From Camelus dromedarius (lineage: Eukaryota), in the NCBI RefSeq assembly GCF_036321535.1, contig NC_087447.1, positions 39,062,001-39,126,000 on the forward strand: a stretch of 64,000 nt of DNA. Reading direction: 5' to 3'. Within the stretch, counting starts at the first letter, position 1, and the number at the start of each line of letters is the position of its first letter. The notes beneath the pieces are model-generated. The model searched no databases. It had not been told where the DNA came from and saw only the letters and a program-made list of their open reading frames with translations. Position numbers and translations under genes: made by a program. Of this stretch, positions 1-13,029 are shown one piece after another.

Positions 1-699
1 GATGTCAAACTAGCTCTTTTGGTTGTTTTACCCAAGTGGTTCTCCTCGCTCCACCTGATGGCAGTGTCGCTCAAGAGCAGCTTGTTACTGCATCGCTTGA
101 GTGCAGTAACAAGAAGCTACAGCAGGGGGCTCCCTGGATTTTCCAAAATGAAATCTGTAAAAACATCCTTCACCAACCTAAATAGTTGTGTTCTCAAGTG
201 AAGTATTTGCTTTCTTTTGGAACAAGGCAGTAGAGGAACACAAAACAAGTCACAAGCTTGGAAACAGCACCTTTCATTTCTATCAAACCACTGTCTGAGA
301 CTTTCTTAGTTTTCCTTCATCTTTTAGAGACCTGACAGGGATATTAGCCCCCTTTTACTGATGGGATTTCGAAACTGTAAGACAGTCTGTCATTCAACTG
401 GGGACTACAATGAATTATTTATTATCAAGAGGCTTGCTCACAGGTTGAGCTAAATAGGAGACAAACCTGATAATACAAACATTTAATTACCATGTTCCCA
501 AGAAGATCCAGCAAATAGTAGAGGTGGGGAAAACCAAATAAATCAAAGTACATTTGTTGCTTTTCTTCTAAAAAAAATTTGCAAGTTGTAATGCAAATAG
601 CCTTAGATTAGGAGTCAAGGACTGCTATACTCCTTTAGATCTCAATTTGTTCATCCTTAAATGAATTTTTTGGGTGATGCTCTTTTAAAACATTAGTTT

Positions 700-1610
700 T
701 AATGAGGTATTATTTGCAAATTCAGTGTCCCATTTTTATCTGTAATTTGATGAGTTCTGAAAATGTATATCGTCCTGTAACCACCACCGTCGTCATGGTG
801 TAGAACATTTCATTTTCGTCACCACAGAATTCTGCCCCTTTGTGGACAATCTCCTTCTCTGGCCAATGGAAAACACAGACCTGATTTTTATCACTACAGT
901 TTTGCCTTTTCAGGAATTTCATGTCTGCTTTCTTTTATTTAGCATAATGTTTTTGAAATTCATCAGTGTTGTATTTATCAGTAACTTGTTTATTTACTGT
1001 TGAATTGTATGGTATTGTATGAATATATCACAAGTTTTATTTGTCAGGTGATGAACATTTTGGGTTGTTCCAGGATTTTTTTAAAACTTATATTAGTAAG
1101 TCTACTATGAGGACTCATGTACTTAAGTCTTTGAGTGAACATGTATTCGTTTCTCTTGGGTAAAAACCCAATAAGTGGGATTGCTGGGTTAGATCGTTAA
1201 GTACATGTTTAATTTTATAAGAACTACAAACTGGTATCTAAAGTTGCTTTACCATTTCTCATTCCCATTGGCAATTCAGAGAGTTCTAGTTGTTCCACAT
1301 ACTTTTTAACACTTGTCAGTCTTTTTCATTTCAGCCACTCTAGTGGGTGAATAGAAATATCTAATAGTGGCTTTAATTGGCATTTTCCTCATCAATAATG
1401 ATGTTGAACATCTTCCCTTATATTTACTTGTCCTTCATGTATCTTTTTTGGTCAAGGAAGATATCTTTAAATCTTCTACCCATTTTAAAAAATTGAGTTG
1501 TTTGTCTTTCTATTTTTGAGTACTTTGTATATTCTGGGTAAATGTCATTATCACATAGATTTTTTTTTCAAATATTTTCACCCAGCCTGTAACTTGCCTT
1601 TATAGTTTCA
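700..1610 (-). mobile_element. Old LINE-1 3' fragment (L1M-type)
   Basis: Antisense L1 3'UTR/ORF2-end motifs (gggattgctgggt, cattcccattggca, cagccactctagtgggtg, aatgatgttgaacatctt), heavily decayed. Confidence 0.8.
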
Positions 1611-1699
1611 TTTGAAGAGAAGACCACTGATTCATATGTAAATGCTCAAATTCTTCAGATTCTTCACATTCAAAATGTGGTCTTTGAATAAATGTCCTT

Positions 1700-3038
1700 T
1701 GCTTTTTATAATGGTTTAAGTAAGTTAGATTACGCATACCATGAAATTCACCCTTTTAAAGTGTACAATTTTGTGGTTCTTGGTATATTCAGAATTGTAC
1801 GACTATCACTGCTATCTAATTTCAGAATATTTTCATCACCCCAAAAAAGGAACTCTATAATCATTAGCAGTCATTCCTCCCTTTCCCAGCACCTGGCAAC
1901 CATTAGTCTAAGTTTTGTCTCCATGAATTTACCTATTCTGGATGTTCATGCAATGTTTGGTATGTTGTGTCTGGCTTCTTTCATTAGCATAATGTTTTCA
2001 AGGTTTATCCATGTTGTAGTATGTATCAGTATTTCATTTTTATTGCCAACTAATATTCTACTGTATGTATATACCACATGTTTATCCATTCATTAGTTGA
2101 TGGATATTTGGGTCATTTTGACTTCTTACTTTTTATGAACATTTCTGTATAAGGTTTTGTGTAGACATATTTTCAGTTCTCTTAGGTACATACCTAGGAG
2201 TGGAATTTCTAGGTCATATGGTAACTCTATATTTAACATTTTGAGGAAATAAACTTTGGTGTTCCAAAGTGGCTACACCATTTTACATTCCCACCAGCAA
2301 GGTATGAGAGTTCCATTGTTCCACATTCTCACTAACTTTTTTTCACCACATTTATTTAAATAATTTTCTGCACTATTTGTTGAAGTTTTTCTTCCCCACT
2401 AATGCTTATTACTGTTCATATTTTTAAATAGCCATCCCATGGGTATGCAGTGGTATCTCATTGTGGTTTTGATTTGCATTTCTCTAATGACTAATGATGT
2501 TAAGCACATTTGCATGTGCTTATTGGCCATTTGTATATCTTCCTTGGAGAAATGTCTATTAAAATCCTTTGCCTATTTTAAAATTGGGTTGTTTGTCTTT
2601 TTGTTGTTGAGTTAAAAGAATGTTTTATATATTGTGAATATAGCTCCCTTATTTAATATGTAATTTGTAAATATTTGCTCCTATTCTGTCTTTTTGCTTT
2701 TTTGATGGTGTCCTTTGACACAAAAGGTTTTAGTTTTGATGAATTCCGATTTATCTTTTTTCATTTGGTTGCTTGTGCTTTTGGTGTCATATTTAAGAAA
2801 CCATTGCTTAATACATGGTCACAAAGATTTACTCCTATGTTGTCTTCTAAGAGCTTTGAGGTTTTAGTTGCTAAATTTAGGTCTTTGATCCATTTTGAGT
2901 TAAATTTTGTATATGGTGTGATTAAGAATCCAACTTCATTCTTTTGTTTGTGGATACTCAGTTGTCCAACATTATTTGTTACAAATACTATTCTTTCTGT
3001 TTTGAATTGTCTTGGCATCCTTGTAAAAAAATCAACTG
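1700..3038 (-). mobile_element. Old LINE-1 (L1MB-like), left part; resumes at 5239-5420
   Basis: Antisense L1 3' end. Minus-strand ORF 2761-3063 resembles the ORF2 C-terminal region (ITPYTKFNSKWIKDLN). Interrupted at AAAAAAATCAACTG. Confidence 0.85.
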
Positions 3039-3080
3039 GCCATAAACAGTGTAGTATTGGCATAAAGACAGACCTATATA

Positions 3081-3242
3081 GGGGGGAGGGTATAGCTTAG
3101 TGGTAGAGTGTGTGCTTAGCTTGCACAAGGTCCTGGGTTCAATCCCCAGTCCCTCCACTAAAATAAACAAATAAATTAAAATAAATAAACCAAATTACCT
3201 CCCCCCACCAAAAATTTTTTCTGAAAAAGAGAGAAAGAAAAA
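3081..3242 (+). mobile_element. tRNA-derived SINE (camelid Vic-1-like)
   Basis: ggggagggtatagcttagtggtagag (A box)...gggttcaatcccc (B box), A-rich tail, imperfect aaagaca...tatata flanking duplication. Confidence 0.9.
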
Positions 3243-3649
3243 AAAGACATATATATAGACCAATGGAATAAAATAGAAAGCCCAGAAATCTACTCTCACA
3301 TATACTGTTAAGATTTTTGACAAGGGTTTCAAGACAATTCAGTGCAGAAAGGGCAGCCTTTTCAGCAAATGGTGCTGGCAAAACTGGATATTCACATGCA
3401 AAAAAAAATAATAAATGGACTTCTTTTATCTAACATGACATACCAAAATTAACTCAAAATGGATCAAAGACCTGTAAGAGCTAAAAGTATAAAACTTATG
3501 GAAGATAACAAAGGACAAAAGCAACACAACATTGGATTTAACAGTGATTTCCTGGCTATGACACAAGAGCCACAAACAACAAAATGAAAAACAGACAAAT
3601 AGGACTTCATGAAAAAATTTAAATTTTGTGCATCAAAAAACACTATCAA

Positions 3650-4187
3650 ATTTACAATAGCCAAGACATGGAAACAGCCTTTAGTAAATGTCCATCAACA
3701 GATGACTGGATAAAGAAGATGTGGTATATTTATACAATGGAATACTACTCAGCCATAAAAACAGACAACATAACGCCATTTGCAGCAACATGGATGCTCC
3801 TGGAGAATGTCATTCTAAGTGAAGTAAGCCAGAAAGAGAAAGAAAAATACCATACGAGATCACTCATATGTGGAATCTAAAAACAAACAAACAAACAAAG
3901 CATAAATACAAAACAGAAACAGACTGATAGACATAGAATACAAACTTGTGGTTGCCAAAGGGGTGGAGGGTGGGAAAGGATAGACTGGGATTTCAAAATT
4001 GTAGAATAGATAAACAAGATTGTACTGTATAGCACAGGGAAATATATACAAGATCTTATGGTAGCTCACAGAGAAAGAAATGTGACAATGAATATATATA
4101 TGTTCATGTATAACTGAAAAATTGTGCTCTACACTGGAATTTGACACAACATTGTAAAATGATTATAAATCAATAAAAAATGTTAAA
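3650..4187 (+). mobile_element. Young 5'-truncated LINE-1 3' end
   Basis: ORF2 C-terminus KCPSTDDWIKKMWYIYTMEYYSAIK...ICGI, then 3'UTR and A tail. TSD aaaa(a/g)acactatcaa at 3635-3649 and 4188-4202. Same family as 16590-17262. Confidence 0.93.
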
Positions 4188-5504
4188 AAAAGACACTATC
4201 AATAAAATAAAAAGGTGACTCATAGGATAAAGGAAAATATTTTTAAATGATATATATGATAAGGGATTAATATCCAAAATATATAGAGAACTCCCAAAAC
4301 TCAACAACAAAAAAGCAAACAACCTGATTAAAAATTGGGCAAAGGACTTGAATAGGCATTTCTGCAAAGATGATATACAAATGGCCAATAAGCACATTAA
4401 AAGATGCTCAACATCACTAATCATTAAGGAAATGCAAATCACAACCATAATGAGATACCACCTCACATCCATTAGGATGGCTACTATAAAAAAAAAAGGC
4501 AGAAAATAACAAATGTCAGTGAGGATATGGAAAAACTGAAACCCTTATTAATTGCTGGTGGGAAAGTAAAATGGTGTAGCCACTTTGGAACACCAAAGTT
4601 TATTTCCTCAAAATGTTAAATATAGAGTTACCATATGACCTAGAAATTCCAGCTGCTTTGGGAAAAGATATGGCAGTTCCTCAAAAAATTAAAAATACAA
4701 TTACCATCTGAGCCAGCATTCCGCTTCTGACTATATGACCCAAAGAATTGGAAGCAGGGACTCAGGTTATCTGTATACCCATGTTCGTAGCAGTATCATT
4801 CACAATAGCTAAAACATGGAAGCAACCCAAGTGTGGTATAAACATATAATGGAATATTATTCAACCTTAAAAAGGAAGAAAATTCTGACATATGCTACAA
4901 AATGGATAAACATTGAGGACATTATACTGATCAAAATGAATCAGTCACAAAAAGACAAATACTGTGTATTTGTACGTATATGAAGTAGATATTTACAGTA
5001 GTCAAAATCATAGAGAGAGAAAGTAGAATTGTGGTTGCCAGGGGCTAGGAATGGAAAATGGAGGTTATTGTTTAATGGATATAGGGTTCAGTTTTGTGAG
5101 ATGAAAAGTTACAAAGATGAATGGTGGTAATTATTGAACAACATTATGAATGTATTTAATACCACTGAACTGTACATTTTAAAAAGGTTAAGATGGTAAA
5201 TTTTATGTTGTGACATTTTACCTCAATAAAAATATTTTAAAAAAATCAACTGATGGTAAATGTGATAGTTTATTTCTGGACTCTCAATTCTATTCCATTG
5301 ATCCTTATGTCTAGTCTTATGCTGGTACTGCACTGCCTTGATTACTGTAGCTTTTCAGGGTGTTTTGAAATCATGAAGTGTGAGTCCTCCAACTTAGGCC
5401 TTTTTCAGAGTTGCTTTGAATAAGAAAACAGCTTTTAGTTACTTTCAACTTAGTGTTCTATGAGATAAGCCTTTAAGGAACATTTATAATGTATATGAAA
5501 CTTA

Positions 5505-5740
5505 CATATGCATCCCATGTAACCCTCACAAAAATCCTACAAGGTAGTATTCTGATTTTATTAATTAAACAATCATATTTTTATCGTGTGTTACATATCA
5601 GGCATTGTGGGCTGATACTAAGGCTACAAGATGTGAAACATTATCCCTGTTCTCACACATGAGGGAACCGAGGCTCAGAGAGGTTAGGTAATTCTCTCAA
5701 ATTGGAATACAGTTCTCTTGACTCCAAGTCCCATAATATT
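5505..5740 (-). mobile_element. MIR/L2 fragments
   Basis: MIR core atgagggaaccgaggctcagagaggttaggtaa and cttgactccaagtcc. Confidence 0.65.
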
Positions 5741-5904
5741 TTCACCCTAGAAAGGCTGAAAGGTTGATTCCTTTTGTAGTTCTCAAACGTCTTCTACACT
5801 TTGTCTCTGACCTGGGCTAGGTGAGTGGCTGCCTGAGTGGCATGAAGACCAGGATAAACACTGAATCTTATGGCCTTCTCATTTAGGTTGGGAGATCATT
5901 GATC

Positions 5905-6920
5905 ATTCATTCATTTAAAGAATATTTATTCAGGGCCTACTGTGTGCCAAGAATTAGTGATATAATCAAGACTAAACAATGTCACTGCGTTGATGAAGTT
6001 TACTTTCTTGCACCGGAGACGTAGAACAAAAAAATTTCACAAATAACAAAACAATTACAGCAAATAGTTGCAGGCTACTGGAAAGAGAAGGCAAGTGGGC
6101 CATGAGAGAATATCAGAGGTAACTACTGTTGATGCGAGTTTTACAGAAAGCCTCTTTGAAAACTTAAAGTTTTGTCAAGTCATGAAGAATAGGGAGAATC
6201 AGCCCCACCAAGAGCATTCTAAGCAGAGGAAATATAACAGGCAGGAAAGAGCTAGATGTACCCTGGGAACTGACAGAAAGACAATGTGACTCAAGTTTAC
6301 TAAGCAAAGAGCACAGTAATACTGGAGATGGAAGCAGGCAATATTTACAGGGCATTGTAGGTTACTCAAGACTTGATTTATCCAAACTACAATTATAAGC
6401 CATTAAAGGGTTTTAAACCAGAGAATGTTGTGATCTGATTTATATTTTTAAAAGCTTACTCCTGCGATGTATGTAGAATGGATTGGGTGTCTAGAGTAAA
6501 CAAGGTCAGAATCAGAGAGTCTGGCTAGGAGGCTATGGCAGCTGTCAAAATGAAAGGAGGATGTCTTACACCAGCATGGTACTAATGGAGACCCATGGAG
6601 AGAAGCAAAAATATTCTAGATGTATTTTAGAAATGAAATTAACAGGCTAACACTCAAGTTTCTGGCTTTAATAACTCACTGGATAGTGGCATTGGATGCT
6701 GAAATGGGGAAGAGTAGAAGAGAAATAAAGAATATATAGGTTTAAAAAAATCATCCAATATGTAAACGAATATATGTATGTATATGCATGACTGGGACAT
6801 TGTGCTGTACACCAGAGATTGACACATTGTATCTGACTGTACTTCATTTAAAAAAAATCATCCAGAATTCCATTTTAGACATGTTGAGTTGAGTTTGAAA
6901 TGCCTATGAGATATTCAAAA
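5905..6920 (-). mobile_element. LINE-2 fragment
   Basis: cattcattcatt...tatttatt...cctactgtgtgcca L2 3' end, followed by purine-rich L2 body motifs (gccattaaagggttttaa, ttccattttagacatgttgagtt). Confidence 0.75.
6758..6850 (+). mobile_element. 93-bp extreme 3' tail of an L1 inserted into L2
   Basis: ttgtgctgtacaccagagattgacacattgta resembles the L1 3' tail at 4121-4160. TSD AAAAAAATCATCCA at 6744-6757 and 6851-6864. Confidence 0.85.
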
Positions 6921-7985
6921 GGCAAGCAGGATCAAGGTCAGACTCTTCCAGCAAGAAAAGCAGCTGAGGCAGAGGGCCTGCTATCTGGGTAAGTCTGACT
7001 TCCTGGGTGCTGGGGCAGGTGTCAGATGAAGGAGGCTATTATCCTAAGAAAAGATAACCAAGAACCAAGACTAATAGTGCTATTTCAGCTCATCTTAGCA
7101 AATATTTTTTGAATACCCATAGGAATCACCATGAGGCTAGTCTCAGGTATTAGAAAGAGGCATGAACTTGAAGAGAGAAGACATGGTTCAAAGTCTGGTG
7201 ACTTTGGCAAAGTTTACACTTCTTTGATCTTTTTGGACGATTGTGAAGTTTAAATGGAATAATTCATGTGAAAGCATCTGGCTATATAAATGGAGATTTT
7301 TATTGTACATTCTGGGAGCAGGCATTATTATGAGCAATCAATATAAAAAATACTGTATACCTATAAACATTGCTTTCTGCAAAAAAACAGCAACTTTGAT
7401 GATGACTTAACATGATCAAAGTAAATGTATTTTACCTTGTACAGGCTAGCTCTTGCATCACCCAGGTGAAACAGATCAGGATAAAATGATACCCAGAAGA
7501 CTGACATGTGTACACTGAGCTCCCATGTGGGTAAATAACATACCTCAGAATCAATGGGTCTCAGCAGATCTTTACCTTGATTGCATGTGACCATGACTAG
7601 CAGCCACAGCTTGATTACACTGGCTGCAATCTCTTTGGCATTGCATCCCAAACATATCAGGGTGTTGTTTGTACATCTTGTACCCTCTTTTAGGGCCCGT
7701 CTGTCAGCATTAGCCCACAATCTTGGTAAACATGGCAGTGATGACCTGCCTTCCCTCCCATACAATCTCATAGACTTGCTTCTTCAACAAAATAAGCATT
7801 TTTTCACTCCTTTGCAGAAAATCTCATTTTTCTCAAATACCATGTACTTTCTCATTGCCAAACCTTTGTTCTTAGGCCTAGAATGTCCTCACTACTCACT
7901 TTCCTGCTGAGTTGCTATTTATACTTACAGGCTCAGATAAATGTAAATTACCATTTCTCCTCAAAATGCTCAATGGAATACATTG

Positions 7986-8272
7986 CATCCTCATCTATAT
8001 TTCCATTTCACACTATTTATAATTCAATATACTTATTCAGCAAACATTTATAGAATGCCTGCTGAATATCAGGACCCTTTAAGATCCTGAAACCCAGTCC
8101 AAGTAGCTTAAACTAGCTCACCATGTTTCCATCCTAACCTATGTTTCCATTTTACTCTATTTATAATTCAAAATACTTAGTCAACAAACATTTATAGAAT
8201 GCTGCTAAATATCAGGACTCTTTTAGATGATAGAAACTCAAATACAAATAGCTTAAACAAGGGAAGCTCACC
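7986..8272 (+). repeat. Diverged tandem duplication, ~144-bp period, 2 copies
   Basis: 7986-8122 aligns with 8130-8272 (ctatttataattcaa, caaacatttatagaatgc, aatatcaggac, tagcttaaac, agctcacc). Confidence 0.9.
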
Positions 8273-8354
8273 TAAGAAAGAGTACAATGGAAAACATGGT
8301 GCTATCCAGGCATTCAAATGATGTTATTTGTACTCAGCTTTCTTTTGTACAGAT

Positions 8355-8790
8355 TAATTAGTTGGGTTCCCTAGAAATAGCACCTTAGATAAGATTCTTA
8401 TGAAAGTGATTTATTGAGGGGATGCTTTCAGGAAGAGGTGTGTGAGGGAAGTAGGGGACAAAAGCTAAGTAAGAATGTGGCCTCCCCTGAAGACTAGCTT
8501 CAACTCTTTCCCATGGGAAGATCTGAAGCACGAATCACACCACAGAGTTTATCCCACCTTGAGTCAAGGGGGTTCTGCCTTTTGCACTCCCTTGTCAATC
8601 ACTCAAGGGTTGTTAGACCAGAAGGTTTGTGTTAATCTCCCCCATGCAAGGGATATGGGTGGGGCAGCAACAGCATCCATGTGGCAGGCATGATGGCTGC
8701 CAAGATTCATTTGCAGCCAGGCCAACCTCAGAGGAAAGAGTCTTCTCTTTAAATCTCTGAAAAGTTCCAGGGAGAAATCTGATGTGTGCA
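8355..8790 (-). mobile_element. Ancient ERVL-class LTR fragment (LTR16/LTR33-like)
   Basis: gggttccctagaaatagcaccttagataagattctta...gtgatttattgagg resembles the antisense end of these LTRs. Family from memory. Confidence 0.5.
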
Positions 8791-10009
8791 ATTGTTTTGC
8801 AATACAGATGGGGTCTGAATCAAGTAAACCACATGAAGTAGATGCTCCACAGGAAAGAGGATTCTTCTATTAAAGAAGAAGGAAGAAGGACTGGTAGGCA
8901 ACGACTAGTATCCACTTTACCAGGCACGGCTAAGGGCATAGGGTACAATGATGAGTGAAAAATACACACATCTCTGCTCTCGTGGGGCACATCAGCCTTG
9001 TTAGGGCAAGATGTACTAGCAAGAAGCCGGAGTGTTGTAAAATAGATGCTTTGGTAGAGGAAGGATAGATTGCTATGGATGCATTACGTGGGAGGAGTCA
9101 CCTCACTCTTCTCAAGGACTCATGTTTTATAGCTTTACATATCCAGTGCCCAAATAGTACCCTAAGTATTGTAAGTGCTCAATAGATGATCCCATGCAGC
9201 TTGGTGTGTGAATTCAAGGGTTTGGAGAGGAAGTAGCTCCTCTCCAGTAATTTTCTTTTTAGTCAGTTTTTGAGCCATGCAAGAAAATCACTCACTGCTT
9301 TATGGCTACATCATGCCATTAAGTAGAGTGTTTTTTGTTTTTGATTTTTTGTTTTGTTTGTTTGTTTTTGAGTAAAGGTAGATTTAATGACCCAGATAGT
9401 CAATGAGTTCTCTTTATTTAACTTAGTTTCAAGTTTTAAGTACCAAAATTTGGAGAGACAGTTTAGATAGACATTCTCAAAACATGATTACTCTTATAGA
9501 GTTTACCCAGAAGCTCTTATTTTAAGTAGTGTTTCTTATATCTGACTCCTAATGACTTTTTGCTTGTTCCCAAATTCTGAAACCATTTTCAAAGGGTAGA
9601 CCCACCCAACTTTGAGGATATTTAATTACTCTCAGTTTAGTTTAACATATAGCTCATTGGTCATCAACTTTATGTTAATAGAGTGCTAAGTGTTGCAAAA
9701 GATACAGAGATGAATAAGCCCTAGAGCCAGCAAGCTAAGAATTTAGGACGGCTGCCTAGCAGGATCAATGTAATCACTTGTAATAGTGAGGAATGCAAAT
9801 TTTATTTTGGGCATTCTCTGGAAAGCTGCTAGGGGAATTGCAGGTTTTAAAACGTGATCTTGATTATATTTGGTGTCATTGAATCTAAGGCCAAAAGGAC
9901 ATAAACCCCGAGAAAGAAGCTTTTACATAAGGGCGCTCAACACAGGAGCCACAAATAGTCATCCTTGATTTTTATCTAATTTTTTCCCTCAGTCTCTAGT
10001 CTCACCTAC

Positions 10010-10745
10010 AGATCAAATCTCCCTGCCACCATCCTAGTCCAAGTAGCCCTCATTTCTCACCTGGTCTTACTCTCATCTTTCACCTGTGAGAGAGCCTCCT
10101 AACTAGTCTCTCGGATCCTATATAGTGCATCCTTCCTATCCATTCACCAACACAGTAAGCAAAGTAATCTTTTGAAGTCATAAATTTATTACATCTTCCC
10201 CTAATCCCCAGATCAGCCCTATTTAAATTCCTGTTTGGCTCTCCTATTGTGCTTGGTATAAAATCCACCCTTTACAGTGTCCTGTTGGGCCCTACATGAA
10301 CAGCTACAGCTTCTTCTCTCTGCTTCTTATTATTAATGTCCACCATCATTGGTCTGTCTTCAGTTCCGCAGACACTAGAGGGGGAGAGCCTTCACATGTG
10401 GGGCTCCCTCTGCTTGGCACATCTGACTCCAGCTCAACTTTTAATTGGCTTAAATAGCTTGACCTTAAAGAGGCCCTCCCTCACATCTTATTTAAAGAGG
10501 GTATCCCTCCTCATACCCCTTTATTGTCTATCATAGCACCCAAGCCAGTTCATCCATGGTGCTTATCTCAATTTGCACTTAAGTATTAAATAAACGGTTT
10601 ATTGCCTGTCCTCTCTACTAGGCTGAAATTCTAGGAGGGCAAGGGGTACTATTTTGTTTTCCAGCAGTGTGCCTATTACCTGGCTCTGTGCTTACATATA
10701 ATAGGTGCTCAGTAAACATTTGCATTAATTCAATTCAATTCATCC
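10010..10745 (+). mobile_element. LINE-2 3' fragment
   Basis: ctgccaccatcctagtccaag, agcctcctaactagtctc, taaaatcca, gagggcaagg...taggtgctcagtaaacatttg. Confidence 0.75.
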
Positions 10746-10934
10746 ATCTATTCAAAAATATTTTAAGCCATAAGATTTAAAAAACAGTTTTGATAGATAA
10801 ATGTCAGGTGTGTCATTTTCAAGATTTAAGCAATTCTTTTTTTTCTTTTAGTAAAAGATCAAGACTTGTTTTGCTTTGTTTGCCTTTAAGGAAGACCTTA
10901 CTTCATTTGGGGGAAACCACTTGAAAAATGCATG

Positions 10935-10935
<1 letters not shown>

Positions 10936-10973
<38 letters not shown>

Positions 10974-11150
10974 TTTGTATATATATGTATATATAAAACA
11001 GAACATATATATACATATACATATCCCATACATACATATGTAATATATATATACACACACACTATTTATATATATATATGTATATATAAAACAGAACATA
11101 TATATGTACACATATACATATACTATATATATGTGTGTGTGTGTGTGTGT
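10936..11150. repeat. Compound microsatellite (CA)n / TA-rich duplicated unit / (TG)n
   Basis: (CA)n ~10938-10971, two copies of cacacactattt...atgtatatataaaacagaacatatatat, (TG)n ~11132-11150. Confidence 0.95.
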
Positions 11151-12384
11151 ATCTCCCAAGTAGCCATCTATTGTTTTTCAAGAAATTGAAAATAACACGA
11201 AAGCAGGTGTTTGGGATGAAGCAGCTCAGTTTTCTGTTTGATTACATAAATTTGATGTGTTTTAGCAGTACTATGTAGAATTTTGCATATCATTATTCTT
11301 TTGTTTGATTAAATTTAAACAGCTTTATTGTTTGTTCTTATGGAAATATGAGAGTGTGTTTTAACTCCAAGAGATCTGGAAGTCTGAAAAATGTATGAAA
11401 ATGTGAGGCCCCAAAGTTTATCTGGAGCTGGAGAAAAGAATAGGAAGGAAGGAACTAGACTGAGCTGGGCTGGACTATTGATGTCTACAAATAATTTGAA
11501 GAAATAACTCAGTTATGCTGATGTTGAAATATTTTGATCTAATGAGGTTGCATTTTTGTGAGCCATTCTGCACTATAACCTTCTTGTGGGTAGGAGAAGG
11601 GTTTCTTATGGTTGAAGTGGAGATTTCCACTCCCACTCATTCTCTGGGCCTTGAAAGGCATTGATTCTGGAACAGAAAATGAGGACCAGTGGGATGGACC
11701 TAAAACTTGCTTCACCATAGGTGGAACTTCAGCTTCATGGCAAGCAAGATGGTCAGGGGATTCTCTTTTGTGAGAAAGAAGATGGCACCACCCAGAACGT
11801 GGTTGACTAGCCGCCAGGCAGGGGGCATCCTGCCAGGACCCTGACAGAATGGGTCTGAGGCTTGGTCTAAACACTGAGCGACCACATTCAGCAACAGGTG
11901 TACATTATTTCCTCATTCTACCTTCTATTCTTTATCAATTAAAGAAAGTGTCTATTTCCTTCTCTCACTGCCCTTGTCAGAAGGATTGTGACAGCATGTG
12001 TTTGAGGATGGATGATAATCCCCAAATTTCAGCATGTGATTGGCAGAAAATGAATGGCCATGCGTGTGAATAGAAAAGCAACTTTCTGAGGCCAGCAGCT
12101 TAATTAGGTAGCATACCCCACCAGGTTGGATTTGTGAAACATGTAAGCTTCTCTGATTTTAAAACTACTTGGAGAAGATAGTTCATGGAATGACTAAACT
12201 TTCTTTAGTCAAGTGGGATGGGGGCACAAAGCCCTCATAATTTGAGTATTAAAGAACTCACTTCATATTCCTTGTTTGGGGAGATTTTAGACCTAGTAAG
12301 TCCATGACAAAGTACCCTAAGGAAAATGAAAAAGAACTTGCATCAAGTTATTTCCCTTCTCAGAGCCCCAGATTCTCTGTTAGT

Positions 12385-12740
12385 GCCTTAGTCAATTCAG
12401 GTTGCTATAACTTTCATAGACTGGATGACTTATAAATAGAAATTTATTTCTGTTCTGGAAGTTGGGAAGCCCAAGATCAAGATGCCAGCAGATTCAGTGT
12501 CCGGTGAACCAACTTTCTGGGCTCATAGACAGCTCTCTTCTCTCTGTGTCTTCACATGTTGGAAAGGGGTGAGGGAGCTCTCTGGGGCCTCTTTTATAAG
12601 GTCACTAATCTCACCCATGAGGGCCCCACCCTCACTATCTAATTACCTCCCAAAGACCCCGCCTCCAAATACTGCCACATTGGAGATTAGGTCTCAACAT
12701 ACTGATTTTCTGGAGACAAAAACCTTCAGTCTGCAGCAGT
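12385..12740 (-). mobile_element. MaLR solo LTR (MLT1A/MST-like)
   Basis: ttagtc...ggttgctataac...agaaatttatttc...ttctggaagttgggaagcccaagatcaagatgccagcagattcagtgtc...ggcctcttttataagg...aattacctcccaaag. Confidence 0.85.
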
Positions 12741-13029
12741 TAGTACCATGAAGATGCTGGTTTAAATCATCTCTAATGACCTTTTAAATCTGAAATTATG
12801 TTTCTTTCAGGCTCCCTTCCATGAATTACTTTTGATCTAGTTGTAGAGACAAGATATACATGTAAAACTGTTAAGTAATAATAAAATTCCTTACTTTCAA
12901 GACCCAGCTAGAAGGTTACCTCCTCTGAGAAAGTTTCCTTTCTACTCTCTCTCCCCTACCCTGGGATCCAATAGCACTTTTGTTTCCATAGCTACCATTA
13001 AGGCATTTATCCCATACATTTATGTGGAT

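Larger units (their letters stand above)
3039..5238 (+). mobile_element. LINE-1 3' portion in sense orientation, nested in the minus-strand L1
   Basis: ORF2-end and 3'UTR motifs ending caataaaaa at ~5230. Flanked by target-site duplication (TSD) AAAAAAATCAACTG at 3025-3038 and 5239-5252. Confidence 0.85.

Noticed and set aside
3081..3160. tRNA-like sequences (also 25690-25762 and 45840-45910)
   Set aside because: They have A-rich tails and TSDs, so they are SINE heads rather than tRNA genes.
10932..11189. His/Thr/Tyr/Ile-rich ORFs
   Set aside because: Translations of microsatellite sequence.
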